A stretch of 64,000 nucleotides of DNA. Source: Anaeromyxobacteraceae bacterium (GTDB lineage: Bacteria > Myxococcota > Myxococcia > Myxococcales > Anaeromyxobacteraceae). Where the stretch lies: assembly GCA_032654565.1 (NCBI GenBank), contig JAULAX010000009.1, forward strand, positions 299,642 to 363,641, given 5' to 3'. Below the pieces are notes generated by a model, which saw only the letters and a program-made list of their open reading frames with translations, was not told where the DNA came from and made no database searches. Below are positions 54,825 through 64,000 of this stretch, piece after piece; position 1 is the stretch's first letter; the number at the start of each line of letters is the position of its first letter. A program made the position numbers and the translations under genes.

Positions 54825-55375
54825 TGAAGGCCACGCCCACCGCCCTGCCCGGGGTCTTCGTCATCGAGCCGACCGTGTTCGGCGACGCCCGGGGCTTCTT
54901 CTTCGAGAGCTTCAACGAGCGGCGGCTGGAGGCGGCGCTGGGCCGGCCGCTCCGCTTCGTGCAGGACAACCACAGCAGGTCGGCGCGCGGCGTGCTGCGG
55001 GGCCTCCACTACCAGCTGCCGCAGCCGCAGGGGAAGCTGGTGCGGGTGGTGAGCGGCGAGGTCTTCGACGTGGCCGTCGACCTGCGCCGTGGCTCGCCCA
55101 CCTGCGGTCGCTGGCTGGGCGAGGTGCTCTCCGCCGAGAACAAGCGGCAGCTCTGGATCCCGGAGGGGTTCGCCCACGGCTTCCTGGTCCTCTCCCCCGA
55201 GGCCGAGTTCCTCTACAAGACCACCGGCTACTACGCCCCGGAGCACGAGCGCTGCATCCGCTGGGACGACCCGGCGCTGGGCATCGCCTGGCCCTCCACC
55301 GGGGCGCCGCCGCAGGTCTCGGCCAAGGACGCCCGGGGGCTGTCGCTCGCCGAGGCGCCGCGCTTCGATCCCTAG
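54824..55375 (+). CDS. rfbC: dTDP-4-dehydrorhamnose 3,5-epimerase
   Basis: FGDARGFF, QDNHSRS, LRGLHYQ, DVAVDLR, GFAHGF. Confidence 0.97.
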   Translation: MKATPTALPGVFVIEPTVFGDARGFFFESFNERRLEAALGRPLRFVQDNHSRSARGVLRGLHYQLPQPQGKLVRVVSGEVFDVAVDLRRGSPTCGRWLGEVLSAENKRQLWIPEGFAHGFLVLSPEAEFLYKTTGYYAPEHERCIRWDDPALGIAWPSTGAPPQVSAKDARGLSLAEAPRFDP

Positions 55376-55779
55376 GGGGCGGCCCGCCCGGCCAGGATCT
55401 CGCGGATCCGGCCGGTCAGCCCGGGCATGTCGATGGGCTTGGAGAAGTAGGAGACGGCGCCGGCCTCCAGGCCGGTCCGCTCGTCCTCCGGCGTCTTGCG
55501 CGCCGAGATGAAGATGACCGGGATGTCGGCGAAGGTGGGGTTGCGCTTGATGGCCCGGCAGAGCTCGAAGCCGTCGATCCAGCTCATCATCACGTCGAGC
55601 AGGATGATCTCCGGCCGATCGACGTGCATGGCGGAGATGAGCCGCAGCCCGTTGGCCGCCTGGCCGACCTCGAACCCCTCCAGCTCCAGCGCCAGCGTCA
55701 GCATCTCGCGGGTGTCGCGGTCGTCGTCGACGATGATGATCCGCGGACGGGCGGACAGCGGGCTGGCGGCGGCGGTCAC
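55372..55779 (-). CDS. Single-domain response regulator
   Basis: IIVDDD, ILLDVMM, FSKP; GTG overlaps the xseB stop. Confidence 0.9.
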   Translation of the reverse strand: MTAAASPLSARPRIIIVDDDRDTREMLTLALELEGFEVGQAANGLRLISAMHVDRPEIILLDVMMSWIDGFELCRAIKRNPTFADIPVIFISARKTPEDERTGLEAGAVSYFSKPIDMPGLTGRIREILAGRAAP

Positions 55780-56036
55780 GGCGGGTCCCGCTCCAGCGGC
55801 GCCACCGTCTCCACCCCGGCGGCGTCCTTGACCAGCTGCTCGACCCGGCGCTCCGCCTCGTCGAGCCGCTGGCCGGCGTCGCGGGCCAGCTTGACCCCCT
55901 CGGCGAAGCGCTCCACCGACGCCTCCAGGGAGAGGTCGCCGGCCTCCAGCGCCTCGACCACCTTCTCGAGTCGCCCCACCAGCGCGTCGTAGGACGCCTC
56001 GGCCGCCTTCTCGGGCTTGTCGCTGCTCTTGGCCAC
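55776..56036 (-). CDS. xseB: Exodeoxyribonuclease VII small subunit
   Basis: YDALVGRLEKVVEALEAGDLSLEASVERFAEGV; GGAGG RBS before GTG. Confidence 0.92.
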   Translation of the reverse strand: MAKSSDKPEKAAEASYDALVGRLEKVVEALEAGDLSLEASVERFAEGVKLARDAGQRLDEAERRVEQLVKDAAGVETVAPLERDPP

Positions 56037-56083
56037 GCCGTCGCCTCCGGAGCCCATTCACTTAGCCCCGCCGTCCCGCAGGG

Positions 56084-57520
56084 TCAACCGGGGCTCCCGC
56101 CGCCGGCGCCCCGCCCCGGCACCGGATCGTCGCCGGCGTCGCGGGCCGTCACCTCGGCGTCGAGCCAGCCCTCCCCCAGCGCCACCCGCAGCGGCTGGCC
56201 GGGGGCCAGCGCCGCGCTCCTGGTCACCACCCGGCCCTCGCTGAGCGCCAGGGCGAAGCCGCGCCGGAGCAGCCGGGCCACGTTGGCCGGCTCCAGCCGG
56301 GCGCCCAGCGAGGCGAGCCGCAGCGACTCCCGCCGGAAGGTGGCGGCCTGCCAGCCCTCCAGCCGCCGCCGCGCCGCCTCCACCCGGGCCCGCAGGGCGC
56401 GGAGCCGGGCCCTGGGCTCGGTGCCGGCCAGGCGCGCCCGCAGCGGCCCGAGCCGGTGCCGCCCGGCCTCGACCGGCCGCAGCGCCCCCGCCTCGGCGCG
56501 GCGCCGCAGGTCCTCGAGCCGGTGGCGCTGCGTCGAGAGCAGGTGGGTGGGATCGCCCAGCTCGGCCTGCATGGCCCGCAGGTCCCGCCGCCGCCCGTCG
56601 AGGGCCGCGGACACGGCCCGGTGCAGCCGGCCGCGCAGCCCGGCCAGCTCGGCCAGCAGGTCGTCGCGGACCGGCGCCACCAGCTGGGCGGCGTGGGTGG
56701 GCGTGGCTGCGCGGGCGTCGGCCACCAGGTCGGCCACGGTGACGTCCATCTCGTGCCCCACCGCCGAGACCACCGGCACCGGCGAGACGGCGATGGCCCG
56801 GGCCAGCGCCTCGTCGTTGAAGGCCCAGAGGTCCTCGCGCGAGCCGCCCCCGCGGGTCACCACGATGACGTCGACGCCGTGGCGCGCCAGCGCCTGCAGG
56901 GCGGCCGCCACCGTGGCCGCCGCCCCCTCCCCCTGGACCCGGCAGGGCGCCACCAGCACCGGCAGGCCGGGGAAGCGGGTGGCCAGCACCCGCAGGAAGT
57001 CGCCCAGCGCCGCCGTGGTGGTGCTGGTGGCCACGCCGATGCGGCGCGGCAGGAAGGGGAGCGGCCGCTTGCGCCCCTCGTCGAGCAGCCCCTCCGCGGC
57101 CAGCCGGGTCTTGAGCTGCTCGAGCTGCAGGGCCAGCGCCCCGGCCCCGTGCGGCTCCACCTCGCTGGCCACCAGCTGGTACTTCCCGTGGGGCGGGTAG
57201 ATCTCGACGCGGCCGCGCGCCACCAGCTCCAGCCCGTCCTCCAGCGCGAAGCGGAGGCGCCGGGCCTGCGAGGCCCAGAGCACGCAGGGGAGCGTGGCCC
57301 CCGCGTCCTTGAGCGTGAAGTAGGCGTGGCCGCTCGACTGCACCCGCAGGTTGGCCACCTCGCCGCGGACGTGGACGTCGGCGAAGCGCGGCTCCACCGC
57401 CGCCTTGAGCGACTGGGTGAGCTGGAGCACGGTGAGCGGCGCCGCCGGCCCGGCCGGGATCCGGGCCGCGAAGAGGTCGCCGGTCTCCGGCGCCGGCGGG
57501 CGGCGCGGCGGGCGGCTCAC
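56084..57520 (-). CDS. xseA: Exodeoxyribonuclease VII large subunit
   Basis: SGHAYFTLKD, RGGGSREDLWAFN, SAVGHEMD, ATPTHAA. Confidence 0.95.
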   Translation of the reverse strand: MSRPPRRPPAPETGDLFAARIPAGPAAPLTVLQLTQSLKAAVEPRFADVHVRGEVANLRVQSSGHAYFTLKDAGATLPCVLWASQARRLRFALEDGLELVARGRVEIYPPHGKYQLVASEVEPHGAGALALQLEQLKTRLAAEGLLDEGRKRPLPFLPRRIGVATSTTTAALGDFLRVLATRFPGLPVLVAPCRVQGEGAAATVAAALQALARHGVDVIVVTRGGGSREDLWAFNDEALARAIAVSPVPVVSAVGHEMDVTVADLVADARAATPTHAAQLVAPVRDDLLAELAGLRGRLHRAVSAALDGRRRDLRAMQAELGDPTHLLSTQRHRLEDLRRRAEAGALRPVEAGRHRLGPLRARLAGTEPRARLRALRARVEAARRRLEGWQAATFRRESLRLASLGARLEPANVARLLRRGFALALSEGRVVTRSAALAPGQPLRVALGEGWLDAEVTARDAGDDPVPGRGAGGGSPG

Positions 57521-57533
57521 CGGGCCCTCCCGG

Positions 57534-58307
57534 TCACGGTCGGCGCCCTCGCACCGGCGGCCGCAGCGCCAGCAGCCGGGCCATCAGCTCGTCCACCTCG
57601 GCCTGCGAGCCGAGCCGCCAGGGCGCCAGCGAGCGCCCCGGGCCGACGTGGACCCCGAGCACCAGCGGGGCCCCCACGGCGAAGGCGTCCTCGTCGGTGA
57701 CATCGTCGCCGAGGTAGAGCGCCGCGCCGAGCCGAAGCCTCTGGAGCAGCGCTCGCAGCGCGTCCCCCTTGTTGGGAAACTGGCGCGGCAGCACGTTGAG
57801 CACCCGCTTGCCCGGCACCAGCCGGGTCCCGGTGAGCTGGTTGGCGGCGGCGTAGACGGCCCGCTCGGCGCCGCGCCAGGTCCGCGCCAGCCCGTAGTGG
57901 ACCGCCAGCGTCGAGCGCTTGTCCTCGAAGTAGACGCCAGGGACGCCCGCCAGGGCCGCCTCCAGCTGCCGCCGCCAGCCGCGCACCTGGGCCAGCACCG
58001 CCGCCGGCACCCTCTTGGCGTGCAGCAGCTCGAAGCCGTGGTTGCCCACCACGTAGGGGGCCGCCCCCTCGGTCAGCTGGCGGGTGTGGGTCCAGCTCCG
58101 ACCCGAGACCGCCGCCACCGGGTAGCGGCCGGCCAGCCGCACCAGCAGCCGCTGGGTGGCGCGGCGCATCCGGTGCCCCGCCGGGTCGCGGACCACCGGG
58201 GCCAGCACGCCGTCGTAGTCGAAGGCCAGCAGGACCGGGGTGGGCGCGGCGGCGCCGACGAAGCGCTCGAGGACGCCACGGTGTGAGGGGTGGAGGATGT
58301 CCCGCAT
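57534..58307 (-). CDS. otsB: Trehalose-6-phosphate phosphatase (HAD IIB)
   Basis: FDYDGVL, VSGR, GNHG, EDK..LAVHY, NKG, GDDVTDEDAF. Confidence 0.88.
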   Translation of the reverse strand: MRDILHPSHRGVLERFVGAAAPTPVLLAFDYDGVLAPVVRDPAGHRMRRATQRLLVRLAGRYPVAAVSGRSWTHTRQLTEGAAPYVVGNHGFELLHAKRVPAAVLAQVRGWRRQLEAALAGVPGVYFEDKRSTLAVHYGLARTWRGAERAVYAAANQLTGTRLVPGKRVLNVLPRQFPNKGDALRALLQRLRLGAALYLGDDVTDEDAFAVGAPLVLGVHVGPGRSLAPWRLGSQAEVDELMARLLALRPPVRGRRP

Positions 58308-58387
58308 GGCGGACCGGTGCGCCAACATACCACCCGGGAGGCGGCGGGATGGTGCGTGATCCGGCGAGGCAGGCGTAGAATGGCGGC

Positions 58388-60265
58388 GTGCCGCGCATCC
58401 TGCTCGCCGAGGCGAACGCCGCCACTCGCGAGCTCGTCCAGAAGAGGCTGGTGGATTCCGGGTTCGACGTGCTGGTCTCCGAGACCTGCGACGCCGCCCC
58501 CGGCCTCTACGCCGCCCAGCGCCCCGACGCGGTGGTGCTGGCGGTCACCTCGGAGGGGGCCGAGGAGGCGGCCCGCCGGCTGCGCGAGCTCGACCGCCGG
58601 CTGGTGCTGGTGGCGCTCGACCATGGCCACCTCATGGAGCCGCGCGGCGCCGGGGCGGTGGCCTCCCTCCAGGCCAGCGCCTACGTGGAGAGCCCGCTCG
58701 GCCGCGAGCTGGCCGATCGCCTCTCCCTGCTCATCGGGCAGGCGGCCGCCGCCCGGGCCCGGCTCTCCGGCGTGGCGCTGCTGCTGGCCCGGACCCCCGC
58801 GGCCACCGGCGACATCAAGCCCGGGGTGGTGGCCCGGCTCATCCACCAGGTGTGGCGCTCCACCAGCGACGGCGTGCTGGTGCTGGAGGGAGCCGGGCCG
58901 GAGCGCCGCCTCTACTTCCAGCGCGGCTCGCCGGTGGCGGTGGAGTCGTCGGATCCCGGCGAGGCCCTGTCCGGCTGGTTCGACGCCACCGGCCGGCTCG
59001 ACGAGGCGGCCCGCGCCGCCGTGCAGGACGCCGTGGCCGGCGGGCTCTCGGCGGGCGCCGCCCTGATCGCCGCCGGGGTGGTGGAGCCGGGCGAGGGGCT
59101 GCTGGCGGCGCTGCGCGCCCACGTCCGCTCGCTGCTGGTGGCCAGCGTCGGGGCCCGGACCGGCCGCTGGCGCTTCCACGTCGGCGACGAGTTCACCTCC
59201 CAGCTGCAGACGGTGGAGGTGCTGCCGCTGGCGCCGCTGCTGGAGGGGGCGCGCGCCCACCTGACCGTGAAGCACTTCGCCGACGCCCTCAAGGCGGTGC
59301 TCGACGCCGTCCCCACCCGCACCGTCGAGTGCCAGAAGCTCATCACCCTGGTGGGGCTGGGCTTCGCCGACCAGCGGCTGCTGCAGGCGCTCGACGCCCG
59401 CCAGACCACCAAGGGCTACCTGGAGGCGCGCAAGGCCGACCTCAAGGAGGCGCTCTCGCTGCTCTGGTTCCTCTCGCTCATCGGCGCCATCGTCTTCCAC
59501 GAGACCGCCGCCGCCCCGGGCGCCGCGGCGCCCGGCGTGGCCCCGACCCGGCCGCCGCTGCCCCCGGATCGGGCCGAGGCGGTGCGGCAGGCGGCGCTGC
59601 GCATCCTCCCCGGGACCTACTTCCACGCCCTGGGGGTCGACATCGCCGCCACCTCGGAGGAGGTGGAGCGCGCCTACCGGGAGGTGTCGGAGCGCTTCCA
59701 CCCCGACGCCTTCGCCGACTGGGAGGTGGGCGACCTCAACGACCTGCTGCTCTCGGTGCAGGACAAGGTCTCGGCCGCCCAGCGCGTCCTCTCCACCGAG
59801 GAGAAGCGGCGCCAGTACCTCTCCTTCCTGCTGCTCAAGTTCGAGCTGGCCGGGGTGCGCAGCCCGGGGATCGTGCTCGACGCCGAGCTGGCGCTGAAGC
59901 GGGGCGAGCGGGCGCTGCGGGGGCGGCGCATCGGCGAGGCGGTGGCGGCGCTGCTGCAGGCCACCGAGCTCAACAACCGGGAGCCGGAGTACCTGGCCAT
60001 GCTGGGGTTCGCCGAGCTGCACGCGCCGGGCATCGACGCCGCCGACCGCTCGGCCGCGGCCCTGGCCGCCGCCGGGCTGGCCCTGGCCCTCCACCCCGAC
60101 CACCTCCGGGCGCTGGTGGTGCTGGCCCTGGCCGAGGACCTGGCGGGCCGGCGCGAGGCGGCGCGCCAGGCGGCGCTGCGGGCCCTGCAGGCCCACCCGG
60201 GGAGCGAGCTGGCCCGCCGGGTGCTGGCCCGGGTGAGCCGGATCACCCCGGCGGCGCGGGCCTGA
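58388..60265 (+). CDS. Pseudo-receiver + DUF4388-like + J-domain + TPR protein
   Basis: RILLAE..PDAVVLA (no phospho-Asp), G.L.L..RRLYFQRGSPV, YFHALG..AYREVSERFHPD, TPR-like tail. Confidence 0.8.
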   Translation: MPRILLAEANAATRELVQKRLVDSGFDVLVSETCDAAPGLYAAQRPDAVVLAVTSEGAEEAARRLRELDRRLVLVALDHGHLMEPRGAGAVASLQASAYVESPLGRELADRLSLLIGQAAAARARLSGVALLLARTPAATGDIKPGVVARLIHQVWRSTSDGVLVLEGAGPERRLYFQRGSPVAVESSDPGEALSGWFDATGRLDEAARAAVQDAVAGGLSAGAALIAAGVVEPGEGLLAALRAHVRSLLVASVGARTGRWRFHVGDEFTSQLQTVEVLPLAPLLEGARAHLTVKHFADALKAVLDAVPTRTVECQKLITLVGLGFADQRLLQALDARQTTKGYLEARKADLKEALSLLWFLSLIGAIVFHETAAAPGAAAPGVAPTRPPLPPDRAEAVRQAALRILPGTYFHALGVDIAATSEEVERAYREVSERFHPDAFADWEVGDLNDLLLSVQDKVSAAQRVLSTEEKRRQYLSFLLLKFELAGVRSPGIVLDAELALKRGERALRGRRIGEAVAALLQATELNNREPEYLAMLGFAELHAPGIDAADRSAAALAAAGLALALHPDHLRALVVLALAEDLAGRREAARQAALRALQAHPGSELARRVLARVSRITPAARA

Positions 60266-61220
60266 CCGCCATCCCCTGGCCGGCCAGGCCGCGGTGGACC
60301 AGGTCGGCGAGGGCGGCGATGAAGTCGGGGCGCGTCCCCAGCGCCGGGACCCGCAGGTAGAGCGCGGCGCCGGCCTTCTCGGCCGCGGCCCTTCCCAGGA
60401 TGTCCATGTCGTAGAGGGTCTCCAGGTGCTCGGAGACGAAGGCGATGGGGACGGCCACCACCGCCCGGCCGGCGGCGTGCTTCTCCAGGTACTCGACGGT
60501 GTCGGGGCCGAGCCAGGCTGCGGGGCCGACCTTCGACTGGTAGGTGATCTGCCAGTCGGTGACGCCGGCGAGGCGCGCCGTCTCCCGCGACGAGATCTCC
60601 ACGTAGCCCGGGTAGGGATCGCCCGTGCGGACCTGGCTCATGGGGAGCCCGTGGGCGCTGAAGACCACCAGGGTCCTGTCGCCGAGCGCCGCCGGCACCG
60701 CGGCCAGCACCTCGCGCAGCGCCGCCGCCGACGCCTCGAGGTAGCCAGGATGGTCGTGCCAGGTGCAGAGCTCCGCCAGCGGCAGCTCCCGCGGCCAGAG
60801 CCGGCGCAGCTCGAGGAGCGAGCTCAGGGTGGTGGCGTTGGCCCACTGCGGGTAGAGCGGCAGCGCCACCGCCCGGTCGGCGCCGCGGGCCAGCGCCTCC
60901 GCCACCCCCGCCGCCGTGGAGGGGTGGCCGCAGCGCATCGCCAGGTGGCAGGAGAAGCCCGGCCCCAGCGCCGCCTCCAGGGCGCGGGCCTGGGCCTCGG
61001 TCCCCGGCACCAGCGGGCTGCCGCCGCCGATCAGGGCGTACTTCTCCGCCGACGAGGATGCCCGCAGCCTGGAGATCAGCTTCGCCACCAGCGGCCGGAA
61101 GGGGCCGAACGGCGCCGAGATCAGCAGCGGGTCGGAGAAGAGCTGGTAGAGGTACGGCTCCACCTCGGCCAGGGTCCGCGGCCCGCCCAGGTTCATGAGG
61201 AAGACGGCGGTGTGGGCCAT
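60243..61220 (-). CDS. hemH: Ferrochelatase
   Basis: LMNLGGP, IGGGSPL, PLYPQ, FSAHGLP, QSKVGP..WLGP, FVSEHLETL. Confidence 0.95.
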   Translation of the reverse strand: MAHTAVFLMNLGGPRTLAEVEPYLYQLFSDPLLISAPFGPFRPLVAKLISRLRASSSAEKYALIGGGSPLVPGTEAQARALEAALGPGFSCHLAMRCGHPSTAAGVAEALARGADRAVALPLYPQWANATTLSSLLELRRLWPRELPLAELCTWHDHPGYLEASAAALREVLAAVPAALGDRTLVVFSAHGLPMSQVRTGDPYPGYVEISSRETARLAGVTDWQITYQSKVGPAAWLGPDTVEYLEKHAAGRAVVAVPIAFVSEHLETLYDMDILGRAAAEKAGAALYLRVPALGTRPDFIAALADLVHRGLAGQGMAVRPAPPG

Positions 61221-61238
61221 GCGGTGCGGCCTCCCCGG

Positions 61239-62615
61239 TCAGATGGTGCGGGAGAACTTCCGGGCGCCGTCGGGCCTCTGCAGGTAGGCGTCGAAGAGCA
61301 TGGCCACGTTGCGGACCAGCAGCTGGCCGAGCGGCGTCACCTGGAGCAGCCGGCCGTCGAAGGTCACCAGGCCGTCGGCGACCAGCTCGTCCAGCCCGGT
61401 GGCCAGCGAGGCGGCGATCTGGGCCCGCGCCGGCGCGCCGAACCGGGCCTGCACCTCGTCGAGGTCGAGCCGCAGCAGGCACATGACCCGGTTGATGACG
61501 AAGCGCCGGAGCACGTCGTCCTCGCTCATGGCGGCGCCGCGGTCCACCGGGATGACGCCGGCCTCGACCTGGTCGACCCAGTCCTTGAGCCTGTGGGAGT
61601 TCTGGGCGTAGGCGCCGCCGATGTCGGAGATGGAGGACATGCCGAAGGCCACGGTGTCGGCGGCGGGCCGGACCGTGTACCCCTGGAAGTTGCGGAACAT
61701 GGTCCCGGCCGCCTGGGCCTGGGCCAGCTCGTCGCTCTCCAGCGCGAAGTGGTCGAGGCCGATGAGCCGGTAGCCGGCCCCGGTGAAGGCCTCCACCGTC
61801 TGCAGGAAGAGCTCGACCCGTTGCTGCGGCTGGGGCAGGGCCTCCTGCGGCAGCAGCTTCTGGTGCGGCTTCGACCAGGGGACGTAGGCGAAGCCGAAGA
61901 CCGCCAGCCGGTCGGGGTGGATGCGGAGGATCCGCGTCAGGGTGTCCTGCCAGGTCTCGCCGGTCTGGTAGGGCAGGCCGTAGATGAGGTCGAGGTTGAC
62001 CCCCTTGAAGCCGGCGGCGCGGGCGGCGGCCACCAGGTCGGCGGTCTCCTGCTCGCCCTGGATGCGCCCCACCGTCTCCTGGACCTTCTGGTTGAAGTCC
62101 TGCACCCCCATGGAGATGCGGTTGAAGCCGAGCCGGCCCAGCAGGTCGACCTGCGACCTGGTGGTGATGGCCGGGTCGATCTCGATGGCCAGCTCGGCGT
62201 CGGGCAGGAAGTGGAAGTGGCGGGCGATGATGGCGTGGCAGCGGGCCAGCTGCTTCTCGTCGAGGAAGGTGGGGGTGCCGCCGCCCCAGTGGAGCTGGGA
62301 GACCCCGCGGCGGGTGGGCAGGTGGGCGGCCACCAGCGCCACCTCCTTCTCCAGCACGTCGAGGTAGGCATCGGCGCGGCTGCGGTCGTGGGTGGCGATG
62401 ACGTTGCAGCCGCAGAACCGGCACATCTCCCGGCAGAAGGGCAGGTGCACGTAGATGGAGAGCGGGCCGCCGGCGGCCTCGGCCCGGGCCAGGTGCTGCA
62501 GGTAGCGCGGCGCCTTGAAGTCGTCCTTCCACTCCGGCGCGGTCGGGTAGCTGGTGTAGCGCGGCCCGGGCCGGTCGTACTTCTGGATCAGCTCCCAGGA
62601 AGGAATCTGCAGCAC
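61239..62615 (-). CDS. hemN: Oxygen-independent coproporphyrinogen III oxidase
   Basis: GPRYTSYPTA, YVHLPFCREMCRFCGC, HWGGGTPT, RNFQGY. Confidence 0.96.
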   Translation of the reverse strand: MLQIPSWELIQKYDRPGPRYTSYPTAPEWKDDFKAPRYLQHLARAEAAGGPLSIYVHLPFCREMCRFCGCNVIATHDRSRADAYLDVLEKEVALVAAHLPTRRGVSQLHWGGGTPTFLDEKQLARCHAIIARHFHFLPDAELAIEIDPAITTRSQVDLLGRLGFNRISMGVQDFNQKVQETVGRIQGEQETADLVAAARAAGFKGVNLDLIYGLPYQTGETWQDTLTRILRIHPDRLAVFGFAYVPWSKPHQKLLPQEALPQPQQRVELFLQTVEAFTGAGYRLIGLDHFALESDELAQAQAAGTMFRNFQGYTVRPAADTVAFGMSSISDIGGAYAQNSHRLKDWVDQVEAGVIPVDRGAAMSEDDVLRRFVINRVMCLLRLDLDEVQARFGAPARAQIAASLATGLDELVADGLVTFDGRLLQVTPLGQLLVRNVAMLFDAYLQRPDGARKFSRTI

Positions 62616-62622
62616 GGCGACC

Positions 62623-63669
62623 TCACTTCCAGCGGAAGGCGTGGACGGCGTCGACCACGGCCTTGACGTTCTCGGGCGGCGTCCCCACCTGGATGCCATG
62701 GCCCAGGTTGAAGATGTAACCGGGGGCCGGGCCGGCCGCCTTGCAGATGCCCAGCGCCTTGTCGACGCCGGCCCGGGTGGGGCCGAGCATGACCGTGGAG
62801 TCGAGGTTGCCCTGGATGGCGGCGTGGGGGACGCGGCGGCGGGCCTCGTCGATGGGGATGCGCCAGTCCACCGAGATGACGTCGAAGCCGAGCTGGGCGA
62901 TGCGCTCGAGGTGGCCGGAGAGGCCGGTGCCGAAGAAGATCGAGGGCACCCCGGTCTTCTTCAGCGCCTCGGCGATGCGGGCCAGGTAGGGGAAGGCGAA
63001 GCGCTCCAGGTCCTCGCGGTCCAGCTCGCCCAGCCAGCTCTCGAAGATCTGGGCGGCGTGGGCGCCGGCGGCGACCTGCTCCTCGATCTGGACGATGGCC
63101 GCCTGGGTGAGCTTCTCGAAGAGGGCGTGGGCCGTCTCCGGCTCGGCGTAGAGCATGGTCTTCAGGCGGGTGAAGCCCTGGCTGCCGCCCTCGACCACGT
63201 AGCTGGCCACGGTGAAGGGGCCGCCCACGAAGCCGATCAGCGGCACCCGCCCGGCCAGCCCGGCGTTGATGGCCCGGATGCCGTCGAGCACGTAGCGCAG
63301 GTCGCGGGTGGGCACCGGCACCTTGAGGGCGTTGACGTCGGCGCGGGTGCGGACCGGGTTGGAGATCTTCGGGCCGCCGTCGCCCTTGCCCTTCTCGCCC
63401 TTCTCGAAGGTGAGGTCGAGCCCCATCACCGGGAGGTGGACGAGGATGTCGGAGAAGAGGATGGCGGCGTCGAAGCCGAACTCGTCAATGGGCGCGCAGG
63501 TCACCTGGGCGATCAGCTCGGGCGAGCGGCAGAGCTCGAGGAAGCCGACCTGCTGGCGGACGGCCCGGTAGCTCGGCTGGTAGCGGCCGGCCTGGCGCAT
63601 CATCCAGACGGGCAGGCGGTCGACGGGGCGGCGGTGGCAGGCTTCGAGGAAGCGATGGGTCGGGGCCAT
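62623..63669 (-). CDS. hemE: Uroporphyrinogen decarboxylase
   Basis: PVWMMRQAGRY, DAAILFSDIL, QGNLD, IFNLGHGI. Confidence 0.97.
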   Translation of the reverse strand: MAPTHRFLEACHRRPVDRLPVWMMRQAGRYQPSYRAVRQQVGFLELCRSPELIAQVTCAPIDEFGFDAAILFSDILVHLPVMGLDLTFEKGEKGKGDGGPKISNPVRTRADVNALKVPVPTRDLRYVLDGIRAINAGLAGRVPLIGFVGGPFTVASYVVEGGSQGFTRLKTMLYAEPETAHALFEKLTQAAIVQIEEQVAAGAHAAQIFESWLGELDREDLERFAFPYLARIAEALKKTGVPSIFFGTGLSGHLERIAQLGFDVISVDWRIPIDEARRRVPHAAIQGNLDSTVMLGPTRAGVDKALGICKAAGPAPGYIFNLGHGIQVGTPPENVKAVVDAVHAFRWK

Positions 63670-63895
63670 AGAGGGGGCGCATCCTAGGTCGAAGAGAGGT
63701 GGATTTCCAGAGGCGGGATCGGGACCGGGGTCGGAAGTACCGACGGCGATCAGAAGTCGTCGCGACGGGATCGGCCTGGTCGGGAGGGACCGATCGGCGA
63801 CCGAGAGGCGCAGCGAGGGAGCGCGCTGGCGATCGGGTTCGTGAGGAGTGACGAGTGCTGGGCTGGTCCGCTCCGTGGAAGCGGCGGCGGCGTTT

Positions 63896-63953
63896 GCGGT
63901 GGCGGTGGCGGTGGCGGTGGCGGTGGCGGTGGCGGTGGCGGTGGCGGTGGCGG
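63896..63953. repeat. Hexanucleotide tandem repeat (GGCGGT)n, about 9.5 copies
   Basis: Eight perfect units at 63901-63948 plus partial flanking units. Confidence 0.9.
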
Positions 63954-64000
63954 GTGTCCTTGGTTCGCCGTGATTTGAAGCGCTGATCTCTGGAAAGTGG

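Overview
Very GC-rich chromosomal DNA from a myxobacterium-like deltaproteobacterium (gene content and order suggest Anaeromyxobacteraceae; this is an inference). Most of the window is housekeeping: sucA/sucB, purC, purB, dut, rpsO-pnp, rimP-nusA-ylxR-infB-rbfA-truB, xseAB, ispA-dxs-tlyA, hemE-hemN-hemH, rseP and a moaD-moaE fusion. Accessory islets are interspersed: a HipB/HipA-type toxin-antitoxin pair, a tricorn protease, a sigma54-activator/hemerythrin/YwiC module, glycan genes, and a 3-kb block between truB and rpsO. That block holds a stand-alone CxxCH-type NrfA, an internally deleted lipoprotein pseudogene and an FmdB-like zinc-ribbon gene. The most notable hidden signal is in the FmdB-like gene: its TGA 'stop' is followed by two codons, a TAG, and a GGUC-loop hairpin with bacterial SECIS geometry, implying an unannotated selenoprotein ending C-G-P-I-G-U-G-L. 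Other observations: a signal-peptide-bearing metallothionein-like protein, a 45-bp palindromic repeat found beside two accessory islets, a HExxGH metallopeptidase-like orphan, and a probable CTG start for tlyA. No rRNA, tRNA, CRISPR array or transposase was recognised. All calls come from reading motifs by eye; no searches were run.
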